Shown in pieces: positions 1-7,377 of a stretch of 32,000 nt of DNA. Each line of letters begins with the position of its first letter. The first letter of the stretch is position 1. Made by a program: the position numbers and the translations under genes. Under the pieces are notes generated by a model. The model was not told the DNA's origin. It was given only the letters and a program-made list of their open reading frames with translations, and did no database searches. The stretch covers positions 1 to 32,000 of the forward strand of contig MWZA01000220.1 of assembly GCA_002050455.1 (NCBI GenBank), read 5' to 3'. The stretch is from Acidobacteria bacterium 5-1. GTDB lineage: Bacteria > Acidobacteriota > Blastocatellia > Pyrinomonadales > Pyrinomonadaceae.

Positions 1-176
1 GTCTGGGCATTTTTACAATGCTGGTTGAAATTGATTTTGCCGTCAAACACAGCAAAACTTTTTATTATCAAGGCTACGCTTACGACGGAAATTCATTTTA
101 CGATTACAAAAAACGCTTTCGTGCGCTGGAGAAGTTCGATTGGAAAGGCAATTGGGAAAGTTTTGACGGGAATTAA
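1..176 (+). CDS. 3' end of an aminoacyl-tRNA--protein transferase (ATE_C / Bpt-like), truncated by the window edge
   Basis: Frame 3 is open from the edge to TAA at 174-176. It reads LGIFTMLVEIDFAVKHSKTFYYQGYAYDGNSFYDYKKRFRALEKFDWKGNWESFDGN*. This fits the G..L.EI..A...Y.LGY...YK.RFR.LE...G.W pattern of the C-terminal domain of bacterial arginyl/leucyl transferases. It is not in the ORF track because it is short and has no start. Confidence 0.5.
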   Translation, partial: LGIFTMLVEIDFAVKHSKTFYYQGYAYDGNSFYDYKKRFRALEKFDWKGNWESFDGN

Positions 177-191
177 GCCGTAACTCTATGA

Positions 192-206
192 AGTTGACTG
201 TCAACT
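192..206. promoter_or_regulatory. Perfect 15-bp palindrome AGTTGACTGTCAACT; candidate operator or weak terminator
   Basis: 7-bp arms (AGTTGAC/GTCAACT) around a single central T. It lies 16 nt after the upstream stop and about 90 nt before the glycosidase start, and overlaps a TTGACT -35-like hexamer. Seen directly; function not established. Confidence 0.3.
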
Positions 207-294
207 ATTGATTATTATTCAGTAAAAAGTTTAACTAACCAAACTAATTTGTTTCCGTATTAAAGTAAATTTTTACGCTGTAGAGGCAAAGAAC

Positions 295-1467
295 GTGAAA
301 GCAGAAATTATGAAAAAATTATTCGTGTTTATCTGTGTTTATCTGTGGACAATTTTCTTGTTTATTTCGATTTCCGCACAGGATTTTCAAAAAATTCAAG
401 ACGGCATTGAATACGCAAAAGTCATCTGGCAAAGCAAATCGGCGGAAGGCAAAGATGAAAACGCCGTGATAAATCTTTTGCGGCTCGATTTAACCAAAGT
501 TCGGCTTGATGTCGTTCACGCGATGGACGCGGCAATCGGCACGGAAACCGTTTCTTCGATTTCCACGCGACACGGCGCAATCGCGGCAATCAACGCGGGA
601 TTTTTTAGATTAGATAAAAGTATTTTCGCGGGTGACGCGGCAGGCGTTTTGATGATTGACGGAAAACTTTTGAGCGAAAGTTTCGCCGGACGGACTGAAC
701 TCCGAATTCACAACGGAAGAAATCAAACTGAAGTCGGATTTTCCAAATCTAATATAGTTCCGGCTTTGAAAATCGGAAATCAAGATTTTGATGTTTCAGG
801 TATCAATCGTGAACGTAAAACGGACGAACTGATTTTGTTCACGCCGGAATTCAATCGCACAACGCTGACCGATCCAAACGGTCTTGAGATTATTGTTCAA
901 AGTGGAAAGATAATTTGGATTCTTGACGGAAAAGGCAGTAATCTTATTCCCGAAAACGGCTTTGTTCTATCTGCAAGCGGCAAATATCGTGAAGCATTAT
1001 TAGGGAAAATAAAGATTGGCAAAAGTATTTTTACAGGAACTAGAATACATCCAGTAAAATCAGAAAACGATATTGAAACATCGAAGCCTTCTTCAAATAT
1101 TGAAGATATTGTCGGCGGCGTTCCGCAGCTTATCAAAAATGGCAAAATAGAAATTACTTGGAAACAGGAAAAATCGAGCAAATCTTTCATTGAAACAAAA
1201 CATCCGCGCACGGCGGTTGCCAAATTAAAAGACGGCAAATTTTTGATGGTTACGGTTGACGGCAGAAGCGAGGAAAGCGGCGGAATGAGCTTGTATCAAT
1301 TAGCGGATTTTCTATTGGAAATGGGCGCAACCGACGCGATGAACTTGGACGGCGGCGGTTCGACGACGATGTTCGCGGGCGGAAAAGTTGTCAACAAACC
1401 TTCGGACCAGACAGGCGAGCGCAAGGTGAGCGACGCGATTTTGGTTTTTCCGCGAAAGAACAATTAG
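295..1467 (+). CDS. Secreted phosphodiester glycosidase family protein (DUF2233 / NAGPA-like)
   Basis: 390-aa ORF. It has an N-terminal signal-like segment (MKKLFVFICVYLWTIFLFISISAQ), AINAGFF and the C-terminal NLDGGGSTTM motif typical of this family. The GTG at 295 has an AGAGG about 8 nt upstream; ATG at 310 is an alternative start. Confidence 0.8.
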   Translation: MKAEIMKKLFVFICVYLWTIFLFISISAQDFQKIQDGIEYAKVIWQSKSAEGKDENAVINLLRLDLTKVRLDVVHAMDAAIGTETVSSISTRHGAIAAINAGFFRLDKSIFAGDAAGVLMIDGKLLSESFAGRTELRIHNGRNQTEVGFSKSNIVPALKIGNQDFDVSGINRERKTDELILFTPEFNRTTLTDPNGLEIIVQSGKIIWILDGKGSNLIPENGFVLSASGKYREALLGKIKIGKSIFTGTRIHPVKSENDIETSKPSSNIEDIVGGVPQLIKNGKIEITWKQEKSSKSFIETKHPRTAVAKLKDGKFLMVTVDGRSEESGGMSLYQLADFLLEMGATDAMNLDGGGSTTMFAGGKVVNKPSDQTGERKVSDAILVFPRKNN

Positions 1468-1472
1468 CCGCG

Positions 1473-1592
1473 AAAAGGCACAAAAGACACAAAGAAATTT
1501 AGCCGCGAATTACACGAATCGCACGAATAAGAAAATAAAAATAATTTGTATAATTCGCGGCTAAAATTTCTCTGTGTTCTTCGGTGCCTTTT
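1473..1592. repeat. Long imperfect inverted repeat (about 40-bp arms, about 38-nt loop) between convergent genes; probable bidirectional terminator or REP/MITE-like element
   Basis: The left arm is aaaaggcacaaaagacacaaagaaatttagccgcgaatta. The right arm is taattcgcggctaaaatttctctgtgttcttcggtgcctttt, its reverse complement with a few mismatches and bulges. A T-run follows the right arm and an A-run precedes the left arm. It fills the gap between stops at 1467 (+) and 1601 (-). Confidence 0.5.
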
Positions 1593-1600
1593 TGGTGAAA

Positions 1601-1993
1601 TTACCTTAAAATCATCAGAACTTTTCTCTCTCTTGCTCCGTCGAATTCGCATAAATAAATTCCTTGCCAGCGACCTAAAAACAGTTTGCCATCAGTAAAA
1701 GGAACTGTAAGGCTTGAGCCGACGAGCGAAGATTTGATGTGCGCGTCGGAGTTGTGTTCAAAATGTCGAAAACCTTCGTAATATTGCGGAATTAAATTTT
1801 TCAAAAACAAAAGTATATCTTTTCGCACGTCCGGGTCGGCATTTTCGTTTATTGTCAAACCGCAGGTTGTATGTTGGGTGAAAAGAATGCAAACGCCTTC
1901 CGCTGCTTTGGTTTCGCGTAAGTGTTTTTCGACTTCCGAAGTTATTTCTATCATTTCTTCGCGCCGGTTTGATTTAACTTTTATTGTTTGCAT
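1601..1993 (-). CDS. yjbQ: YjbQ/UPF0047 family protein (secondary thiamine-phosphate synthase family)
   Basis: 130 aa. Family-typical layout: N-terminal ...IEITSEV..., central CGLTINENADPDV, HIKSSLVG, and C-terminal GRWQGIYLCEFDGARERKV. Confidence 0.8.
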   Translation of the reverse strand: MQTIKVKSNRREEMIEITSEVEKHLRETKAAEGVCILFTQHTTCGLTINENADPDVRKDILLFLKNLIPQYYEGFRHFEHNSDAHIKSSLVGSSLTVPFTDGKLFLGRWQGIYLCEFDGARERKVLMILR

Positions 1994-2044
1994 AAAAAAA
2001 GCGAAATTGAAACGGATTTTGGCGGTTAATCAGTTTTTTACTTT

Positions 2045-2185
2045 TTACTTGGTTCTTTTAAGTTCCAGTTCATAAAACCAAAAATCATTATTCGGCTGGT
2101 CAACTTTCAGTTCGTCCGTCTTAACGAAAACCGGAAAACTAAGCAGTAATAAAAACAGACTCAGACGAAGAAAATTATTTTTCAT
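2045..2185 (-). CDS. Hypothetical 46-aa secreted peptide (below the ORF-track cutoff)
   Basis: ATG at 2185 to TAA at 2045-2047 gives MKNNFLRLSLFLLLLSFPVFVKTDELKVDQPNNDFWFYELELKRTK, with a clear signal-peptide-like N-terminus. A conserved 12-mer with an extended -10-like core sits 12-23 nt upstream. No homology recognised. Confidence 0.3.
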   Translation of the reverse strand: MKNNFLRLSLFLLLLSFPVFVKTDELKVDQPNNDFWFYELELKRTK

Positions 2186-2196
2186 AACAACAAAAT

Positions 2197-2208
2197 TTTA
2201 GCATAAAG
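2197..2208 (-). promoter_or_regulatory. Copy 1 of the conserved intergenic 12-mer CTTTATGCTAAA (minus-strand reading); extended -10-like (TGCTAAAAT)
   Basis: The exact 12-mer is shared with 24434-24445 and 27048-27059. All three are intergenic and upstream of minus-strand starts. Here it reads tgcTAAAAT, i.e. TGnTAAAAT. Confidence 0.4.
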
Positions 2209-2304
2209 AAACTATTTGAAAAATACGGCTTTGGGCGTGATAAATTTAAGTTGGTTTTATCGTGGGTTTTTAGCGGCTGACGGCTAAGGAACTTATACGA
2301 AATA

Positions 2305-3576
2305 CTATTGATTTAATGAAAAATCATCAAACCAAACTTTTCCCGAAATTGGACAAATCAAAGACTGACAATTATCACGCACTAGCTGCAGGATTACGGC
2401 TTCGGTGTTTTCGGAGGTCGTAAATTCCGCTTTCAGATTTGTCCAGTCGGAATTATTTACAATGGCATCGGTCATTGCTAAAACTTTCGCCTCCGAAACG
2501 TCGGCTATCACCCATTTGAGTGTGGCAGAGGCTTTTAGAGCAGATTTGTAAAATGCTTCAAACGTATATTTTTTCCCCGCTTCAACTGCTATTATTTGAG
2601 AAATCGGGCGAAAATCCTTGCTTTCCACAGAATTAAAAACAATCACCAGACTGCGGTTTCCACTGTGTTTCTGCGCTTCGTCAAAGCCGATTTGCGGAGT
2701 GCTTCCGTCCGCGATTTGCCATTCGAAAATTCCAGCATTAATCGGTTTGACTTCCGCTTCAAAACCGCCGTTAGAAACTCTACCGACCGCGAAATTTCCC
2801 GCTTCCGAATCAAAAATTTCATTTTGAATCTGCAGGGCGGCGCGATATTTTTTTGCCTTCAACATTTCTTTATAAAATTCTTCGCCGTTTGATTTAAAAA
2901 CGGTTTTCTTCTGCTCGGCAGGCAAAGCATTCCAGATTTCGAATGCCTCGTCAAAGCGGTTTTGTCTGACTAAAAATGCCGTCAAAGCAAAATTTACTTG
3001 GCTCGACGCGCCGATGTTTTGCCTGATTTGCGCGAGGTCGCCGCCAAAAATCTGCCATGCCGTAGTAACTGCCGGATTAATATAATTTTCATTGCTTTCC
3101 GCCGCTCGGCGAATTTCGGCAAAGGCTTCCTGAGTTTTGCCTTGCCGAAGCAGTATATTTCCGAATGTCCAATGGAGGTCGGCATAATTTGGCGCGAGTT
3201 CGAGGGCTTTTCTAAGCGCGAGTTCCGCGCCCGCCGCATCGCCGCTGCGCTCCCGCGCTTTGCCGAGCGCAACCCAGAAACGGTAATCGTTTGGCGCAAG
3301 CGCGGCTGCCTTTTCATATTCAGCCAAAGAGTTTTGCAGCTCTTCGGGCAGAAAAATTTTATTGTTAAGAACGGCTAAAGCATAATGAGTTTGCGGGTCG
3401 TCGGGAGCTAAACCAACGGCAAATTTAGCGACTTCTTTGTCTGTAACTTGCATGGTAATCGAATTGCCGATATACCATTTGAACGCGAAAAACAAAAAAA
3501 GCAGGTAAATCAAGCCGACAAAACCCAAACCTGCGCGTTGAGCAATCGTATTTAATTGAAAAGATTTAACGGACAT
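2305..3576 (-). CDS. Membrane-anchored TPR-repeat protein with C-terminal CBM4_9-like carbohydrate-binding beta-sandwich
   Basis: 423 aa. N-terminal TM helix (GLGFVGLIYLLFLFFAFKWYI). TPR-like repeats follow (AEYEKAAALAPNDYRFWVALGKA..., ALRKALELAPNYADLHWTFGNILLRQGK...). The C-terminal roughly 160 aa start NGGFEAEV and end VWFDDFSL, like PF02018-type CBMs. Confidence 0.7.
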   Translation of the reverse strand: MSVKSFQLNTIAQRAGLGFVGLIYLLFLFFAFKWYIGNSITMQVTDKEVAKFAVGLAPDDPQTHYALAVLNNKIFLPEELQNSLAEYEKAAALAPNDYRFWVALGKARERSGDAAGAELALRKALELAPNYADLHWTFGNILLRQGKTQEAFAEIRRAAESNENYINPAVTTAWQIFGGDLAQIRQNIGASSQVNFALTAFLVRQNRFDEAFEIWNALPAEQKKTVFKSNGEEFYKEMLKAKKYRAALQIQNEIFDSEAGNFAVGRVSNGGFEAEVKPINAGIFEWQIADGSTPQIGFDEAQKHSGNRSLVIVFNSVESKDFRPISQIIAVEAGKKYTFEAFYKSALKASATLKWVIADVSEAKVLAMTDAIVNNSDWTNLKAEFTTSENTEAVILQLVRDNCQSLICPISGKVWFDDFSLNQ

Positions 3577-3661
3577 TAGCCAAGAGTCTAAAATTAAAAC
3601 TTAAAAACCGCAAAGGTTAAGTTGGTAAAAGTCAAAAACCTTACGGTAGTGCGGGAAAATT

Positions 3662-5467
3662 CTATTCAAAATCAACCGGCTCAATTTTAAGCTGAACGCG
3701 TTTGAGCGAAACATTCGAGTTTTGACAAATTTTTCTGACCTCAAAAAGTCTTTCAGGTGAAATTGCGCGAAAGGAAATCAAAATTTCCTGCGCCTCGTTT
3801 TTGCGGCAAATCGCCGACAGCGAACCATTACCGTCAAAAACCTTCAAACCGTGAATCACTTTATCTTTTTTGAGTGGGTCGTCGTCAACAAATCCGACCG
3901 GATTATAATTCCATTCAGGATTATTGCGGAGTTCGCGCAGAATCATTTCGCCGCCGTCGCCCGCGCCGTAAATTAAAACCCTGCGCCCTTCTCTTGAAAA
4001 CGGCATCGGCAGAAGTTGACGGAAAAGACGAAACGTTAAACGGCTTCCGGCAATTGCCATAAAAAGAAGTGTTCCGTTGACAATAAAAACAGTGCGCGAA
4101 AAATATTCAAAACGATACAACAAAAGAAGTGCCAAAATGCTTAATAGAGAGCCTAAAACCACACCTTTAAGAAAAGTAACAAAATCCTGAATGCTCGTAT
4201 AACGCCAGATTCCGCGATAAACCCCGACGACGAGAAACGAAAAAAGGTGCAGCACAATTAAAATCGGCAGAGATTTGACAAACAACATCCAATTTTCGCT
4301 TTCTTCAAACGAACCGAAAATCAGAATATAAGAAGCATAATAAGCAAGCGTAATCAGAATTGCGTCCAAAATCACTTCAAAAATGCGGCGTTTGTGCGAA
4401 AGGTTCAGTAAAAAGCCAAAAGCCGCGCGGTTTTGCAAGGCAAGTTCTTCTTCCTGTTCTTGATAAACTTTTACTTTCGCTAAATAAACGCCGATAATTG
4501 TCAGCACGATAACAAAGAAACCAATCAGGGCGAGGCTTTGCGTCAATTGCAGGTTGGCAATAAACAATGAAAGTATGCCGGCAAGAAGCGCGAAACCGTA
4601 AAGCATCAGAACGGCATTGCGTTCCGAAAGCCCAAGTGCGACCAGCCGGTGCGATGTATGGTCGCGTCCTCCTTCGGAAGCCTTACGCCCCCAGATTTTT
4701 CTCAAAACAGTAACAAAAGTCGTATCGAAAATCGGCACGAGAAGAATTAATGCCGGAATTGCCAAAACCGAAACGACGCTTCGTGAACGTCCGCCGACCT
4801 GTGTCATTAAAACCGAACTTGCCAGGAAAAACCCGACGAACATCGAGCCGCAATCGCCCATAAAAATTGAAGCGGGATTAAAGTTATAGACCAGAAATCC
4901 GAGCAATGCCCCGATGAAAACCGAAATTAAAAGCAACTCGTCGAATTGTCCGCCGGCACCAAATCCGAAAGCGAGGGAAAATGCGGCAATAGCGGAAATG
5001 CCCGTCGCCAAACCATCCATATTGTCGAGCAGATTTATCGCGTTGGTAATGCCGATAAGCCAAAATGCGGTAATAGCAAGGTTGAAAATCTCCGAATCCG
5101 TCCACTGCAAAACCAAACCGAATCCAACTACAACGGCAACGCCGATAAACTGCCCGATGAGTTTTTGATACGGCTTGATATGCAGAATATCGTCAATCAA
5201 GCCGACCAGAAAAAGAAACGTGCCGCCCGCCAAAATCACCAGAGATTCCTTTGTCTTCGGCACAAGCAGCGCATACATCAGCACCGTCGTCAGGAAAATC
5301 GCCACGCCGCCGAGCATTGCCGTCGGGCGTTTATGCCAACGGTCTGTCTTCGGAGCTGCAACAATCCCGCATCTGCGGGCAAAGCCGCGCACGGCAAAGG
5401 TAAGAATTACGGCTAACGCAAAACTTGCTATTGCAGCAAAAAAAGGATTTGAAAATAATTGAAGCAT
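3662..5467 (-). CDS. WecA/MraY-family polyprenyl-phosphate HexNAc-1-phosphate transferase (GT4 PNPT) fused to a C-terminal 4-TM plus Rossmann-like module
   Basis: 601 aa. PNPT motifs lie in residues 1-330: NAINLLDNMDGLATG, FMGDCGSMFVGF, VPIFDTTFV, DHTSHRL. Residues about 335-601 contain about four more TM helices, then RRVLIYGAGDGGEMILRELRNNPEWNYNPVGFVDDDPLKKDKVIHGLKV. That is the pattern normally found at the N-terminus of WbaP-type PGTs and PglF/CapD/WbpM dehydratases. Confidence 0.85.
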   Translation of the reverse strand: MLQLFSNPFFAAIASFALAVILTFAVRGFARRCGIVAAPKTDRWHKRPTAMLGGVAIFLTTVLMYALLVPKTKESLVILAGGTFLFLVGLIDDILHIKPYQKLIGQFIGVAVVVGFGLVLQWTDSEIFNLAITAFWLIGITNAINLLDNMDGLATGISAIAAFSLAFGFGAGGQFDELLLISVFIGALLGFLVYNFNPASIFMGDCGSMFVGFFLASSVLMTQVGGRSRSVVSVLAIPALILLVPIFDTTFVTVLRKIWGRKASEGGRDHTSHRLVALGLSERNAVLMLYGFALLAGILSLFIANLQLTQSLALIGFFVIVLTIIGVYLAKVKVYQEQEEELALQNRAAFGFLLNLSHKRRIFEVILDAILITLAYYASYILIFGSFEESENWMLFVKSLPILIVLHLFSFLVVGVYRGIWRYTSIQDFVTFLKGVVLGSLLSILALLLLYRFEYFSRTVFIVNGTLLFMAIAGSRLTFRLFRQLLPMPFSREGRRVLIYGAGDGGEMILRELRNNPEWNYNPVGFVDDDPLKKDKVIHGLKVFDGNGSLSAICRKNEAQEILISFRAISPERLFEVRKICQNSNVSLKRVQLKIEPVDFE

Positions 5468-5564
5468 AGAGGCACCGCTTGGGGAGAGCTTCGCTAAGTT
5501 TCATTAAAAGATGTTGTTGAGCCTATTAGAAAATAATTTTCATCTAAAATCAAGCGAAATTTCG

Positions 5565-6881
5565 CTAAAAGCGGGTTAAATTGTGGTAAAGATTTTTTAT
5601 GTCGCGCACCAAACGCTCTTTATTATATCGTGCTTCAACAAATTTTTTGCCGTTTTCAACTAGTGTTTCCCGTAATTTTTCGTTATTTACCAAACAAAGC
5701 AAGCCTCTGTAAAAACTTTCCGCATCGTTTGAAGCCGTTCGCAAACCGCGCTCGCAAATCTGAAAGCCGTTTTCTTCAGTTTGAGCTTCGCCAAGCAAAT
5801 CCACCACGCCGCCAACGGATGTGGAGATTATCGCTTTTTCGTTTGCCATCGCTTCAATCAAAGAAAGCGGCGTGCCTTCGTTCAGCGAAGTCAGCGCAAC
5901 AATATCCAAACCCGCGTAAAAAACATCGGCATCATTTCGATTGCCGACAAAAACAACCAAATCTTTTACACCGAGCGTTTCGGCTTCATTTTCAAGTTTT
6001 TCTCTTAAATGCCCGTCGCCAATAATGACAAATTTTAACTTCGGAAAATCTATATTCTTCTTATTTTCCTTATAAATTTTGGCGATTTTAAGAAAGAGCG
6101 AATGATTTTTTACTTCGGTCAACCTTCCGATAAGTCCAACTAAAATTTCATTGTTTTCCGCGCCAATTTCTTCGCGCAAAATGTTCCGTTTTGATTGCCA
6201 ATTTGAGAAAGACTCGAGGTCAATCCCAATTGGAATTATTTTAAATTGCCGCTCTTTTCCAACGCCGAATTTTTCGTGGATTTCCCGATACTGCTGATTG
6301 CTGATAACCACAATTTTATCAGTCGTCAATCGTGCCAATGTTTTTTCGATGGATAAGAAGATTTTTGTTTTCAGACTGCCGTAATAACTGTGAAAAACAT
6401 GACCGTGATAAGTGTGAACAAGTTTGACGCGGCGCGGTTTGCCAATTAGCGTCCGAGGAGTCAACCAGCGATAAAGAAAACCCGCAACCCGTCCGATTGT
6501 TCCCGCCTTTGCCGTGTGTGTGTGAATAATGTCTGGTTTTTCGCGCCGGATTTGCCGATAAATCTTCCATAATGAGACAACATCTCTCGGTGAAAGTTCG
6601 CGGCTCATTTCCTTAATAAAAACGGGCGCGACTCCGTTTTCGACAGCGAAATAATTCATATCTTCTTCGCCTTCGGGAATTCTTCCCGTTAGCAAAGCCG
6701 TTTGAAATTCGCCATCCTGCAATTCCTTTGTCAGCCAAACGACGTGGCGAGCGGGACCGCCGACATTAAGCCGGGCGATGATGCGAACAATTTTGATTTT
6801 GTCCTTTGTGGTTTGTCCTGTGTCATCGGCAATTTGTTTCTCTGACTGTGGACTGTGGACTGTGAACTGTGGACTAATCAT
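5565..6881 (-). CDS. GT4-family (GT-B) glycosyltransferase
   Basis: 438 aa. RLNVGGPARHV near the N-terminus and an E-x7-E region NEGTPLSLIEAMANEKAII. ATG at 6881 overlaps the upstream stop by 8 nt (ATGATTAG). Confidence 0.85.
   Translation of the reverse strand: MISPQFTVHSPQSEKQIADDTGQTTKDKIKIVRIIARLNVGGPARHVVWLTKELQDGEFQTALLTGRIPEGEEDMNYFAVENGVAPVFIKEMSRELSPRDVVSLWKIYRQIRREKPDIIHTHTAKAGTIGRVAGFLYRWLTPRTLIGKPRRVKLVHTYHGHVFHSYYGSLKTKIFLSIEKTLARLTTDKIVVISNQQYREIHEKFGVGKERQFKIIPIGIDLESFSNWQSKRNILREEIGAENNEILVGLIGRLTEVKNHSLFLKIAKIYKENKKNIDFPKLKFVIIGDGHLREKLENEAETLGVKDLVVFVGNRNDADVFYAGLDIVALTSLNEGTPLSLIEAMANEKAIISTSVGGVVDLLGEAQTEENGFQICERGLRTASNDAESFYRGLLCLVNNEKLRETLVENGKKFVEARYNKERLVRDIKNLYHNLTRF
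6844..6875. repeat. Heptanucleotide tandem repeat, about 4.5 units (GACTGTG x3, AACTGTG, GACT)
   Basis: Read directly. On the coding strand it is AGTCCAC AGTTCAC AGTCCAC AGTCCAC AGTC, occupying codons 3-13 (SPQFTVHSPQS) of the GT4 gene at 5565-6881. Confidence 0.7.
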
Positions 6882-7377
6882 TTATCCGAAAAATCGTGTC
6901 AGGCTCATCCTCATGACGAATTTCGTCAATTGGTTCGCGCTTTCCCGCGCCCATATAAAGCCGGTTCGGGCAATTTATCACGACACCCTTTTCAGAACCG
7001 ACATTTTTATAAGCGTGAACAACTCCTTTCGGAATAATTACGGCTTGCGGATTATCCGCGCCGACAAAGAGCGTCATGACGTTTCTAAAAGTCGGCGAAT
7101 CTTCGCGGTTGTCCCACAAACGCAGCTTAAAATTCGATGTCCCGATAAAGCAAAACAAATCAGCTTGGCTTTCGTGTTCGTGCGGACCGCGCTGAGTTTG
7201 CGGTTCGGTAATGGAAATATATGCCATTGTCGGATAAAATTCCTCCGCGAGTTCGTCGTGCCGAAAAAGTTCGCACAGCCAACCGCGCTCGTCCACGAAC
7301 TTTTTCAGCGGATAAACGACGACATCTTGAATTTTGCCTTTTGTAAAAATTTCCTCTTTAATCGGCTGCGTTTGCAT
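6874..7377 (-). CDS. RmlC-like cupin (dTDP-4-dehydrorhamnose 3,5-epimerase family, short SpsL-like form)
   Basis: 167 aa. FVDERGWLCELF, then RGPHEHESQADLFCFIG...LRLWDNREDSPTF...IPKGVVHAYKNVG follows the RmlC/SpsL cupin layout. It also resembles the CapF/FnlB C-terminal cupin. Confidence 0.65.
   Translation of the reverse strand: MQTQPIKEEIFTKGKIQDVVVYPLKKFVDERGWLCELFRHDELAEEFYPTMAYISITEPQTQRGPHEHESQADLFCFIGTSNFKLRLWDNREDSPTFRNVMTLFVGADNPQAVIIPKGVVHAYKNVGSEKGVVINCPNRLYMGAGKREPIDEIRHEDEPDTIFRIND

Noticed and set aside
1513-1529. 17-nt exact match CACGAATCGCACGAATA between the loop of the 1473-1592 inverted repeat and the Cys-rich insertion of the SDR gene (17248-17264)
   Set aside because: The match does not extend on either side. 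It is internally repetitive (CACGAAT twice), and in the SDR gene it simply encodes S-C-D-S-C on the other strand. I treat it as coincidence, though a genome-wide search for the 17-mer would settle it.
1464-1652. 62-aa minus-strand ORF spanning the inverted repeat
   Set aside because: It runs through the palindromic element and overlaps the yjbQ 3' end. The composition is Arg/Ser/Phe-rich with no motif, so it is an artefact of the repeat.
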